DNA of 64,000 bases from NCBI RefSeq assembly GCF_964355755.1, contig NC_092678.1, positions 8,758,422 through 8,822,421 of the forward strand. Reading direction: 5' to 3'. The notes under the pieces are model-generated. The model worked only from the letters and a program-made list of their open reading frames with translations. It did no database searches and had not been told where the DNA came from. Positions within the stretch are counted from its first letter, which is position 1. Each line of letters begins with the position of its first letter. A program made the position numbers and the translations under genes. Positions 50,787-63,679 of the stretch are shown here, in pieces. This DNA comes from Antedon mediterranea (Eukaryota; Animalia; Echinodermata).

Positions 50787-51170
50787 CTATTTAAAAAAAG
50801 AGAATGATTTCATAATTTGTATTCATATTATAATCAAAAAAAGTTAAATATAAACACAATTATTAATCATTCAAGAAGCCTTTTATAGGCCGTACTACGA
50901 TTACGAATAATCAGTTTTATTTTAAATAATAATAGATAAGTAGGCCTATATTATTAGGCCTATACTGTACTTCAATTTTTAGCCTATTTAGCCTAGGTAT
51001 TACATGGTATATATAGGCCTACACGTAAACCTTTAGGTATACTAATAATTCAATATAATGAAAATGTAATAATTTGTAAATTGTACCCTATAGATGTAGA
51101 CGTAAACTATAATTTTCTCCAGTAAAAATGTCATTAAGAAAAAAAAAATGTAAAAAGCGTTATTATTTAC

Positions 51171-51242
51171 CATATTTTCAGCAATTCTTTCTGTATTGCG
51201 CCAACCACAAAATCTCATGAATGAATTAAATGACATTGCCAT
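51171..51242 (-). CDS. Gene B exon 1 (start)
   Basis: ataatcATGG...ATG|gtaaat; MAMSFNSFMRFCGWRNTERIAENM, phase 0. Confidence 0.62.
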
Positions 51243-51249
51243 GATTATA

Positions 51250-51500
51250 GAGAAATATACGAACCTTTCGTAAATCCTACTGATGCACTAATGAATCTGC
51301 AATTGATTATTTGGTGACGATTTGCTTTTCCAGAAACTGGAGGCAATCTCTAAATATTTTGCGCATGTTCAGTAGCATTATATTTGTTCTCGCTTACCAC
51401 TCGTGTTCTCAAGCAAAACCACCAGTTAGACTAGACCGATGACACTACCCGCATCAGGCAAAAAATATTCAGCTTATGCCCTTATAAATTCAAGGTAAGT
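51250..51500. promoter_or_regulatory. Putative bidirectional promoter / 5' non-coding exon of gene C
   Basis: Consensus + strand donor AAG|GTAAGT at 51494/95, about 250 bp from the gene B ATG. The gene C ATG directly follows an acceptor, so an upstream non-coding exon is needed. Confidence 0.4.
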
Positions 51501-52669
51501 AATGTTTATCTTTTGACATTTAATTACACACGTAATGGTTGATTCCATTATATACAAGACATTAACAGTTTTACCAACGTAAAGATAGAAAGAAGAAGAA
51601 AAAATAACAATCAACAAAATACTTAAATCTAAAATAACATCTTGTTGATTGATTTTCTAATGATTATTGATTCTATTCCACTAATTTCATAAATAATATT
51701 TCATATTTATTCAATAATTTGTTCAATCATTTGTAAATAAATGGTCGCATTGATTACTGAAAATAATGACAATGCTGCGGCTGGATTTCAATGGATATAC
51801 AAAATAAAATAAGAAAATAAATAAATCAAAATGATAAAGTAAAACAGCCAGAAAAAATGGCAGAGGTTCCGAACACCAGTGAAAGTGAGAATACTTGGAC
51901 AAAGTAGATAGTATTAAAAGTACTTGTCACCAAAAATCAGACATATTCGTAATTCAGTGGCAAGGGTCAAAATTTGGAATTGGCTCATATTTTGCACATT
52001 GGTAGGCCTTGATGTAAGTAAACCTCACGTTTAGTTTGTTTGGTAAAATATCGCTTAGTTTTCCGAGAAAATCGAAAAATGAAGATTTCCGGCAAATTGT
52101 GTTACTTTTTGGAGTATAATAAGTTTAACAGCCTCTGGAAGCCAAACGTAATAACATAGTGTTTTAATATTTTACTCTTACGTTAACTAGTATCTGTACA
52201 ATTATTTAGTAAAGTTTCAAAAAAGATTTTTTACTAATTAATTAGTAATTAGCATATAAAAACCTTTTAAAACGTAGTAGTTTTTTTTAATGTGCAATAA
52301 CATTTTTTGAAATAAAAAAATCCTCAATCTAAAGTATAGATACTAATATTTATGAATCAAGTGAAAACAAATTGGGAAAACTCTTTTACGCTCCACGCCA
52401 TCGCCACAAAGTTTTAAGAAATTCAAAGATTTTAGCTGTCGGCAAGATCAATGAGGTCTATAATGTTCTCTATTTAGCGCTTTAAGCCAAACTTTTGGAA
52501 CGAGAAACAAAATGTAAAGGTAAACTAAAAGGTCCTGAATAATTCTGATTTACTTTTCAATATGAACACAAACTAAAAATAAATTGCTGGTTAAATTTCA
52601 ACGACTAACCCATAATGAAATTAAGCAATTACTATCTGAGCTCAACATTATAACTCGGTTAGTTTCATC

Positions 52670-52820
52670 AAACCTGTTGTGTTTTCCACTAGGTGAATTT
52701 ATTCGCGTGAATTGAACATTTTCGCGTATATGCATCCGCAACTTCATTTTTATCAATAAATATTTCCATTGCGCGTCCGTATACGCGAAAATATTTGATT
52801 CGCCTAGTGGAAAACAGGCT
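52670..52820. mobile_element. Small Harbinger-like MITE
   Basis: Inverted ends TGTTTTCCACTAGG.GAAT...ATTCGCCTAGTGGAAAACA. Confidence 0.65.
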
Positions 52821-53067
52821 TTACAACATGATTATCTTCTCATAATAGGGAGTTTTCACAAGCTATTTCCCAAGCTCCGCCCACTTTGTAAACAAATCGA
52901 TCTGCGCGTACACAAGCATCCATTACAACAATTTTTAGTTACGTGCGTCAAGAAACTTACTTCTGAAAAATAGCGTCAATGAAAAACTTTAACCGAAGGG
53001 TATCAAAACATGGAAGAATCATTAACGTTCTGCAAAATAATTTAAAAATAAATGGTAAATTAAAAAA

Positions 53068-53628
53068 AGTTCTATTGATCATACATTCCAATAATTATCG
53101 ATCTATAGTTTCCCCTATATTTCATAATTGTTGGGATTTTATTTGTGTTACACGAGTTTGTTGAAAAAATGCACTTTCTTATCAGTGGGAGTATAGTTCA
53201 AATTACACAGTAAAATCTTTATTCTTTTGTACACAAATTTTGTAAATAGAGAGGCATTTTAAAAAGCTATGAAAAATAAACGATGTGGTAAAAAATGTTA
53301 TCAGATGACTAAATATAGGTAGTATAACTCTGGTAATTTTATTTAACTTCATATTTTTTTTTCATGCTATAGCAAAAATTATCCACTGTATGTCCACCAT
53401 CTTTTTTCACCTTATATGGAGTCACCAGACATGTTATTACATTAGGTTAAACTACCTAACTACTGAAAAAAAAGTCTTCCTGGTTTTTATGGCAGAATTT
53501 TGCAAAATTTTGTATTTGACCATATTAAGGGAAATTCATATTTTTTCGTCTTGATTTCTGTTACAAATATTTGATGTAGTTACAATTAATCAGATATTAT
53601 ATTTAAAATTCATGCCTGTATCGGAGCT
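53068..53628. mobile_element. Second copy (right part) of the Kolobok-type family at 20561-21175
   Basis: Collinear for about 560 bp; ends TGCCTGTATCGGAGCT|TTAA. Confidence 0.8.
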
Positions 53629-53999
53629 TTAAAGTTATATTTCTATTTAAGCCAAAGAATAAGAATTGTTCATCGCAATATTGAGTCTATTTATCATCAA
53701 ATACGCATGATAAAATAAGTTTATGAGTTTAAGAGGTCAGAGGTCAAAAACCAGAAAGGACTTTTGCCGCCATATTTTGACAAACTTTTTTATTAGAGTA
53801 ATTTGAGGCTAAAATTAAATGTATACAGTTAGCGGTTGTCAAGATATAAGGGGGTCACAACATATGTGGTCATTTTTCAAAGCGCCCACAACGGGTGAAA
53901 AATGTTCCTTATGGTGTAAAACACAAGAAAGCAAAAATTCAAACTTGGGAAAAATATGAAATAGAGGAAAAACGTGACAAATGCTGCCTGACTATCTAT

Positions 54000-54535
54000 T
54001 GTTAAGAAAACTAAATTTCTTGGTGTTTATCTGGACAGTACACTAAACATCAGATTACTGAAGTCGAAAACAAAATATCCAAAAGTTCTGGTATCATTAT
54101 CATTATATAGATTATTTCATCCCTCAAAACATACTCCACATTCTTTACTGTTCATTAATCCTCACCTACTGTAATATTATTTGGGGTAATACTTACCGTC
54201 CTACCTAAATAAAAATGTTATTAATCAAAGAATTTTAAAGAAAATCGTAAGATACATAGCAAATGATCCTCACTTATCCCATTCCAATCCTGCTTAAAAT
54301 TCAGGATATAAACCATCTTCAAAAATGTGTTTTTCATTATTCATGGTTTAACTCGCTCCTTCCATCTCAGTTTGATGATTTATTAAGTTTCTATCTTAAT
54401 TTTCATAATTACAAAACATCTTCTTTCAAAAATAACATTCAGTTCAGTGGTCCAAGATTATGGGATAATGTACCAGTTCCCATCAAAAGAGTTTTTTTTT
54501 TAAATTGAAACGACACCTCTTATCAAGTTATTTGT
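54000..54535 (+). mobile_element. Highly decayed CR1-group LINE 3' fragment
   Basis: TKFLGVYLD, KISKSSGII, YCNIIWGNTY and SGPRLWDNVP. Confidence 0.7.
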
Positions 54536-54729
54536 AATTATGCATTAACTTATTTTAAAAGCAGACAAGCGTTGTCTGAGTGAACTGGAATAAAACAGAT
54601 AAAAACAAAGGAGGCACAGGTTGGTGAATAGAGGGTGGGGAAAGTGAGTAAGTAAAAAAAGAAGATAGATTGGAAGATATAAACAATTTTGGAATGGAAC
54701 AGCTTAAATGGTGGTTAACTTAAATTTAG

Positions 54730-55530
54730 GTATAATGGAATAATGTTACCGATATAGAAGTATGTTCCTAATGTAAAGACCAAAAAGTTTATGGTTTTAA
54801 GTAGTACTTCCCAGTGGTTTTCTTTGTCGCTCAATTTGACATCGTGGTCAATTGCAATGAAATTTGCAATCGAGTAACCAGCTGAATAAAAATGTTCGGC
54901 TACAGGTTGATCAAGCTTTAATGTTTTTGATCTGTGTTGTGTCATTCTCATATGAAGGGTGTTTCTTGCTTCTCCGACGTACTGTTTACCACAAATATGA
55001 GATAATTGACGTTTTTTATTAGACAAATAATTGATTGTCTTATCCGAAAAATGCGGCCAGTTTGGTTGTTACTCTTACATTTTTCAGTCGAGTCAACTAA
55101 TGAACAAGATTTACCGCGAAGGTGACTGCCCGAATTTTGGCTGTCGAGAGAGTCAATGACTTTTAAATTTAGATGTAACTCGTATATCACGAAGGTTGAG
55201 CGGAGATGTCCGGTTAGTTCTTCGTTACGATTCTGAAAATCTGAATAACAGATACGTCCGATACGTAATGCTTGACTGTACGTTATGCTTTTAGTACAGT
55301 GTCTGGAATGACAACTGCTAGGGAGCAGGTACATATTTTTATCCGTGGGTTTACGGAATAGGTAAGTTTTGAGTGTACCATTTTCTATGGTCACTATAGT
55401 GTTAAAAAAGCCAACACTACTAGTGAATTTAGTAGCTGTAAATTTGATGTTTGGGTGGGCTTAATTAATATTCTGAAGGAATGAGTCCAGATTATTTTCA
55501 CTGTGGGTCCAGATCATGAGCATGTCGGGT
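54730..55530 (-). mobile_element. Penelope-like element fragment (RT thumb plus GIY-YIG endonuclease)
   Basis: LFRKPTDKNMYLLPSSCH..HCTKSITYSQALRI.RIC and NV.YLI..CGKQYVGE...LHMRMTQHRS...PVAEHF. Confidence 0.88.
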
Positions 55531-58379
55531 GTGTTTCGAAAAATGGTGAATCGATTTTATACACACAAGGCCCAAGTAATATTTTTGATTATATTTGCAC
55601 TGTATAACCTAGCTAGGCCGTTTACTCTAGCTTGGCTTGAATTCATCTGTCCGTGTATTTATACGTTAAAACAGGATTAGTCGTTTCGACCCATTTAGAA
55701 CGGCGCAGATCCTGGGGTGGGGAGGGCTGCGACGGGGACATAATATCCCCTCTACCTATTTTTAAAGGGAGGATGGTCTCCCTCTCTTTTTAAGATAAAA
55801 CCCCTGAATTGTTATTTTCATTTAATTTATAGTCTTATTTAAGTTGTTTATTATTATTGAACAAATGTATCTCTGTGTATTTCACATACCTAGGACCTAA
55901 CACATATATGAATTACCTAGCCATGCACAATAAATACTATAGATACTAGACCACCAAACCTTTTGTTGCTTTTTACATGATTAATTTTCTGTGCACCCGG
56001 TCTAGATTAGTAGTATAGGCTCTGTGTGGGAAAAAGCCTCACATAAATACTGCATGTTTACGTTCTTTATGGAAGAATAATATGTTGCCGTGACAAAATC
56101 ACACGAAGCGTGTCAATAGAATGTTATCAATAATCACAAACAAAAGAGGAAGTACAACTCTACAAAATTCTTCGAAACCAAACGATGGCGTTGTCCCAAA
56201 ACAAAGAAATCAATTAATAATAATAATATCAAAGGTAAAACAAACAATAATAATACAATTATTCATTTAAAGTTTAAATAATATTATGATACCAGATGCT
56301 ATCCATGAGCCCATTGTGAATGGAAGCACCTAAAAAACAAACAAACTAAATGAACTATAACTTTAACAAAAAAATAGACAATAGACCGTTGGACGAACAT
56401 TAAAAAGTAGTAGGCCTACAGTGTAGCTTTGTACATGGCAAAATAAATGTTGCAAAGTTTAGTATTTTATTTGTTTATTAGCACGATAGCGCCTTCAATT
56501 TTCAAGTTATATTATCATTCTAAATTTTCCTATTGAAATTCAAGAAAATCGGTTGCTTATTAACAAGAAAGAAAAACGTGTATTATTTTAACATGGGCCG
56601 AAATAGTTATTATTGTTAGACCTGCTAGAGTGTTAAAAGATAGGAGACCACTTTCAAAAGCCGACGAGGTTCTCGGACCGAGCAGTATTACCGTAACAAG
56701 TAAACTGAAATTATATTTTCTCGAGAACCACTTGTTTAAAAAACTTTATTTTTGTACAAGAGACAAGAATTATAATTGTTTATTTGTAATTTTAAACATA
56801 ATTTGATTTAATGTATATGTTTTTTGATACGAGTATTTATAAAAAACACATTTCTTTCACTCGTGGCTCATCCATTACACATAGCGAACAAACTATATCC
56901 CTTTAACTTTTTTTCTTACAATTTTCAAAGTTAATAATTTGTTCTATTATTAGTCAACTGAAACTATTGTTAGCCGATACAATTAATATGTTATTTTTTT
57001 ACTATTTGCAGAAATATTTTTAGTACCAGTATATGTGTCATTGTTTATTTCATTCTGTAAAACTTACATCTACTTGAACTTGAACATCTCCAGTAAAGTG
57101 GTACGGCCGGCTCTACATGGTTAATTAAGAACACTGTTTTAGGAAAATGATCAAGATCAGAAGAACAAAGCGCACTATTATAAATTTATGATTAAGTCTT
57201 GTGTCCGAGACACAAATTTTTTTTTAATATTTTTTTTTTAGCACAAATCTTTTATTTATTCCTGCAAGAAAAATTATTTGATGAAGCTATATCACACAAT
57301 TTGTTAAGACATTAAATTATGAAATACATAGATCTCTGATGAGGGGGTGCTTCAATTTCAAATTCATGTAAAGAGCTTTTTAAAATTATGATCAAGTAGC
57401 TTACAACCTAGCACAACCTGCATGGTTCTGTCAAACTCGTAATTATATATTTGTTTTGTGTATTATAAATAGCGTACATTAATTGTTTATACTGAAATAA
57501 AAAAATTGATAAATGTTGTAGTGTTAATTCTCAATAATTTACAGTTCATTAATGGTATATACAATAGTAGAACTGAACTCACAACATTGCGAGCTTACTT
57601 TGTCAATTCATATTGATGAAGATTTAAAAGGCGATATCTGTTATATTAGCCTATATAATAGGAAAATATTAGTACACAACAGACCTGGCTGAGTACGTGG
57701 GCCTCTCTGTAAAAAGTAAAATTCAACCAGAAGGCTGAAATTGTTGGTTTCCAAAATATATATAAGGCTATAGTATTAAAAATAATTATTTAAAAATTGA
57801 TATTTACAAAATTATTATTAAAAAAGAACACAAATGTTAAAAGATAGAACGTTACGTATAAGTAGGCCTATGTACTGTCTCTGGTCAGCAGAACTATCAA
57901 ACTCAGCAAAACTATTTAATAAATAAGCATCTACATTATACAGTACCAATTCTCAATACCAGTCCAGATGATGCATTTACTGACACTTTCCCGTACGCAA
58001 ATGTATATAGATGCAAGGTTATGAAAAAAGGCACAGTTGAATAAGCATATCCCACACATTCAAATGACCAAACAAATAAGATAAATTAAATACACACAAT
58101 CAGTACACATCAACCTTTCAAAGTTCCAGGCCCTTAGAAGATGACAAAACAAGAGGGACACCCACGCAACTTCCTATTACCGATGCATAGGTTTCCATAA
58201 TAAAAGAACGGGATATGATACAAACTAGAACGAGTACAGTTGTACTTAAGTATACTAAACTTTGATAATATGAATTATTAAAATATTATTATTATTATTC
58301 TATATATATATATATCATTATTCATTATAAAAATGGTAATCAAAGGCCGTGTTTAACTAAATTCTCTGATGTTTTACAG

Positions 58380-58457
58380 ATGGAGTCAAAGATACTACAA
58401 TATATGCTAGATGAAGGTGTTAAACAGGAAACTATAAGTGCTCTACAAGAGGAAGAG
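58380..58457 (+). CDS. Gene C coding exon 1: SAM-like domain, first half
   Basis: ttttacag|ATG...GAG|gtt; MESKILQYMLDEGVKQETISALQEEE, phase 0. Confidence 0.75.
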
Positions 58458-59039
58458 GTTATTGAATTAACAATAATAAATTCAAACTTTTCATTTTTGT
58501 AAATTTAATTTTGCTTTAGGCCTACATGTACACAAATTATTACTTCTTGAGTATTTTATTTTTATTTATAAATTCTGAACTAACAAAAAAACATTTACGG
58601 ATAAAAAAGGTGAACAACACAGAAAAGTACAAAGAAAACTTATTTACAAAAAAGGGCAGGACATAAATCCAATGTTCGAAGTACATTTTCCAATGCAGAA
58701 AGTATGAAACGTGGTCTTGTTTATCTTTCCTATACGGGTACTTTTTTATAGCCACTTGGCTTATACTTGCTTTAAGCATGCGCCATGGAATTTTATTCTC
58801 TTCTTGTATTGTGTTCTCAGTTTACATTTTGTTTGAAAAAATGAAGTAAATACCTTACCAGACAATTTTCCGTATAATGTTAAGACTTACCACATTTCCG
58901 CACACGTGTTTCACACGATCAACAACCAAGTGTAGGATAATCTATAAGCGTTTTCATAAAAATGTCTATATTGACATAGAGTAGTAGCTTATTTAATGTA
59001 TCATTTTAAAAATATTAATGCTGGTTATTCTTATTATAG

Positions 59040-59171
59040 CTTGATAAAGTTGATGTGATTGACAAGGCCTTGGAAGACCATGCGTTGGACAGTTGCGGTG
59101 TGAAAGCTGGCCAAATTATGAGGATAAAGATTGCAGTTGAAAAGTACAAAAAGGATCCAAAAATTGATCTG
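59040..59171 (+). CDS. Gene C coding exon 2: SAM-like domain, second half
   Basis: ttatag|CTT...CTG|gtaaaa; LDKVDVIDKALEDHALDSCGVKAGQIMRIKIAVEKYKK fits the SAM pattern L..lGi..G...kI..ai. Confidence 0.8.
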
Positions 59172-59528
59172 GTAAAAGTTGTAATATACTGTACCGTCCT
59201 ACTATGCTTTATAACTGACATATATATTTTGTTCATTTTTACTTTACTTTCTAATGTATTTCTTATACGTAATATTATTGTTGCTGTATTTTTGTTGTTG
59301 GCCTATATTGTGATGAGTGAAATATTGGTTTTGACTAAATTATAAATTGGTAAAATTGTCGTTAAATTGCGCTTAGTAGGCATTATTGTTCATTATTATA
59401 TTCAACTTCATTTAGTTTGTCAATGTTGTTTTTATCTTTAGTTCTTTGCCATTCAATTTGTTATTGTTTACCAATGACAAATCAATAACAAAAAAGTTGA
59501 TGAATTATAACAATCTTTTTAACTATAG

Positions 59529-59609
59529 GAAGATATGCAATTAGATCCAGGTAGCAATACTGCCACAGGTAATCAGAACGACGCAACGAGAGAGCAGACA
59601 ATAAAAAAG
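59529..59609 (+). CDS. Gene C coding exon 3: low-complexity linker
   Basis: ctatag|...AAG|gtatt, 81 bp, phase 0; EDMQLDPGSNTATGNQNDATREQTIKK. Confidence 0.7.
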
Positions 59610-60070
59610 GTATTTTTTTACGTATTGTTTGTTTAATGGTTTAATTTCCTGGTTCCTGGTGTGATAATATATTTGCAGCTCAAAATTAGCTTTACATTGA
59701 CAATTTAAACATTCTAAATTTGTGGTGTTTTTTTTAAATTGTTTTTTCATATTTATATATTGATATTGTTTGTTTATCAACTTTTAAGTGGAGGTTGTCA
59801 TCTCTGTCAGTTGATTTAAAATTAAAATAAATTTTAAGTCTAATAAATAATTTTGTTTGTTATGGAGAAAAGTTTTAGTAGAAATGTATCCTTCAAAGTG
59901 GAGCATTTGAAAGAATATTGTTGTTCATTATTATTTTTATTTTATTACTGTATATTTATCAATGTTGTTTAGTCTTTTGTTCCTTTTCATTCTATTTTCT
60001 ATTGTTTACCAATGACAATAAATTAGTGAAATGTGATTCTAGAATTAATTATAACAAGTTTTTACTATAG

Positions 60071-60136
60071 AAAGACACAGGGAGCGATACTGCCACATGT
60101 CATCAGAACGCGACGAGCGATCAGAAAAAAGAAAAA
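60071..60136 (+). CDS. Gene C coding exon 4: duplicate of exon 3
   Basis: ctatag|...AAA|gttagt, 66 bp, phase 0; KDTGSDTATCHQNATSDQKKEK. Confidence 0.68.
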
Positions 60137-60226
60137 GTTAGTACATTTTTAAATTGTTTTAGGATAATGTAGAAAATCCACTTCCTATAATATAATTTTC
60201 TTTTTAAGTGAAACTCTTTTATTTAA

Positions 60227-61538
60227 AGACACTTTCCATACGTTGTATAAAATACTATATTTTATGTAACAATACTATATGAGCCTATTGTGATACCTTT
60301 TTCGTTTTTAAACGGTCAAAATTAAAAATAAATCGATTCCCGCTATAAATACTAGCATGCGTGCGGGTATAAAATTAGGAAATTCTCAGCTAGTGCATTT
60401 TCCTAAATAAAAAAAAATCTTCATGCTTGGTTTTGAAAAGGTTGTTTATCAACCATCTTGGGTAGTTGAGCAGAAAAAGGATAGTTTTTATGCAGAAGGC
60501 TTTTATTTGGTTTGAGTCGAGTTCACAAAAAAATGGCACTAAAAACAAAACAAAATGCAATGCAAGTTACAATAATATTATTGCATAATTTTTGCCGTTG
60601 AAACTTCACTTGTGTGTCATTAACCCACTTGGATACCCATTGCATGAATATGAATATATACACAGTGAGAGTTGATTATCAAGATCTGCTCGAAAAACGC
60701 CCAAAAAATATTAAAATTATCTATAAATTTAGCCAAATCTCAGTTTTGCAAAGTCATAAATAAAAACTCCCTGAAGCTGACAAGTTGTTAATAATCCTCT
60801 CAAATAGTTGGGGAAAAATATAAATAGGGTATGTCAATTAGTTACGAAACTATTGTGTCTTAAAAATCTTGAAAGTGCAATTACAACTAAATAATTAAAT
60901 TTTTCAGTTTTTCTCACATACGAAATACTTATGTTCACAATATACTAGACTATTTACAGAGAAAATATAATAGCATTTGAAAAAGGAATTTTAAATATAT
61001 TGGCTCATAGAAGTAACCCTAGATCTCAGTAATGAGGTACCATTGCTCAAAATTGTCCAAGTATTATTTTTGTGGCCAACTTTTGATTTAGTGTGGGTAA
61101 TTAACATATACATTTCACAATAATATCAACTTTAGAAATGTAGATCCATATTTTTTTAACTTAAAATACAATGTTCTAGGCCTCTTTTGAGCTACTGATA
61201 TCCCCCCTCCCCCCCTCCCACCGAAATAAATAGAAATAACAATTAATGCAGCAACTACAGAACGCCAAGCTTGGCCTAATACTGCTCTACTTTAAGAAAA
61301 CTATATATACTTTGTTCAAAATTGAGTTGTATTTGACTCGTATAAGTGGTCGCCGTACGCTGTTTACCAACTAAGCCTTGCTAGGCTGCACTTAATACCT
61401 AATAACTTGGGTATTGCATTGTTTTTCTCTTTTAATTATAATTAACCATAAAACATACAAGGAACTTGTTTAATGTTTTTTAAAGTAAAATATATGCATT
61501 GATTTTACAAAACGTCAAAAATTGCAGGGAAAGTGTCT
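60227..61538. mobile_element. Kolobok-type non-autonomous element in gene C intron
   Basis: TIR AGACACTTTCC...GGAAAGTGTCT, flanked by TTAA. Confidence 0.75.
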
Positions 61539-61644
61539 TTAATGTTTTAAATATTAATTTAAAAATAAATGTAAATAATTATTCACATTTGCAATCTCTT
61601 AATACACAATAATTACGTTGTAATCGTTATATGTTTGAATACAG

Positions 61645-62196
61645 ATAATCATTGATTGTGACAATCAGATTACAATGGAAGACGCTCAAAATTTGAAGCA
61701 CAAGATAGATGGCATGTTTGTTGATGCTATTATGGAACTGGTTGCAGAAACAGAAGAGGAGCTTCTTCAGGATGCAATAATTGATATATATTCAGATCCT
61801 CCATGCTCAATGTTTGCAGGAAACAAGAGTAATACATTTACCGTTTTTCAACGTACCGACGAGTCAATAAATACTTCATTGAAGAATCAGACTATTCCTG
61901 ATTATAAGACCGCCATGCGTAGTACGACAACGACCGACGAGGAGACCGCGAATGAATGCCAGACCACGAATGGATGTCAGACCACGAATGGATGTCAGAC
62001 CACGAATGAATGTCAGAAGACCACGAATGATCAGCCTGCCCGTTGGCAGAAGACATCAAAGTTGAAGAAAGGTTTTTGGTCAAAACTGGGTAAAAAATGT
62101 ATGGTCTTTCTTAAAAATTATGCCCCAAAAATAATTACAACTGCTGCGAATATTATTTTATTGGGTGCAGGGGTACCAGCTGCTATTAAATGGTAA
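61645..62196 (+). CDS. Gene C terminal exon: acidic helix, TTNxCQ repeats, cationic amphipathic plus hydrophobic C-terminus
   Basis: aatacag|ATA, phase 0, in frame with ORF 61675-62196; AATAAA at ~62346. Confidence 0.8.
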   Translation: MIIDCDNQITMEDAQNLKHKIDGMFVDAIMELVAETEEELLQDAIIDIYSDPPCSMFAGNKSNTFTVFQRTDESINTSLKNQTIPDYKTAMRSTTTTDEETANECQTTNGCQTTNGCQTTNECQKTTNDQPARWQKTSKLKKGFWSKLGKKCMVFLKNYAPKIITTAANIILLGAGVPAAIKW

Positions 62197-63679
62197 ACCT
62201 TAACAATACAAAGAAATATTGGCTGAGATAAAAACAAATTCAAATTGTTTAAATTTACATAGTATAGCCTATTTCAAATTTGCTTTTATTCGTCTATATT
62301 TTTCTTTTTTTTTTAAGTTTTGGGAAACAGTACATCACCAACTTGAATAAACAATTTATTTTAGATTGATTGATTGGAGACTGCGATTGTAACAATATCA
62401 TTAGCTTTGCATCAAATTTGTTTTATTTACATTATAAAATCTAAATAATCGATGTTGACATGATGCAAATGCAAATTGTTATTATATCTAATCTTTTTTT
62501 CTTTAGATCAAGGAATGTGTGACTTTATGTTTCAGTAGCAATTTAAAAGCATTAGTAACTAACCATTTTTGTTGAAATTAGTACCGTATTACCGTGGGGT
62601 GAAAATTCGTCAAATTTAATTCTAAAGGCCCAGTGGCCTAATGATATCAAGAAGATCCGGGTTAGGGTTTATATACCAGTTTATAGGATAGGTAACACAT
62701 AAATAGATTAGTGTTTTCTTTATTAAGCAACAAATAATAATAGTTTACTATTTGCAAAACACGCAAATGTATTATTACAAATAAATTTTAATTAAGAAAA
62801 ATGTTCAACTACTACTGTGTTTTTTTATAGTAAATATTATATTTTTCTTCAGTGGCTGAACCCCACATTTATTGTAGATTTTCAGTATTGAAAGTAAAAT
62901 CATTATAAATTACCTTTTTTACAAAATATTTTTTTATTTTACTAGGCCTACAGTATATGTGAATTTATTAACATGAAACAGGGCCACTTAACAGTGATTT
63001 ATATCGTGTTTTGGTGAACCAAATCAAATGGATTGTTTAAATAAAGTCTAATCTACTTTTTGCGGTGCAAAAAATACAACCAATCATAGCTCAATAATAT
63101 GTTTTTAACATCAACTAGCAAAACTCAGGAGACACTCATGAGTTGTGGTTGAAGTGAAATGTAAAATCAAACAACTCCGGGGTTGAACAGGTGAATGTTT
63201 CCGGTGGACGAACTGTGGAGACACAGCGGGATAGTCGATGTGAAAAGTACCAACTCTAAACTTCTGTGTTTTTTATGTCAAAATGTTATCCTCACACGAT
63301 CAATCATTGCTTTTATATTTATTTAAAAATACTTTAAATATTTGTACAAAATATATAGTAGGTCTAAAAAATAATAAATAGTATAAATAAAATGTTATAA
63401 TGACATCTGAGGCTTTTGAAAATAATTATCAAATTGAAAATATTATCAGTTAAAATTATTTTAATGATCGTCGCGATGTAAACAAACAAACGAAATAGAG
63501 GGCGAAAACGAAACTCCGGTGTTGATGTGAATGGGGTCTCTCAGGAGTTTCTGGACGTTGTGAATAATTACAAACCCCGGAGTATCTCCGGAGATGATCA
63601 GTGTGCAGTTAGATGTAAAAGGTGTATTATTCACCTATTGAAAAATGGAAAAGCTTTTTGGTCATGACAATGGAAAAGC

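Noticed and set aside
58640-58800. Minus-strand FHTFCIG...FMSCPFCK* resembling a PHD-finger end
   Set aside because: Short, preceded by stops and lacking upstream Cys pairs; at best a decayed TE scrap in a gene C intron.
62625-62670. tRNA or SINE head (GGCCCAGTGGCCTAATG); also a SINE-like core at ~10290-10320
   Set aside because: Only an A-box-like match; no B-box or cloverleaf could be built.
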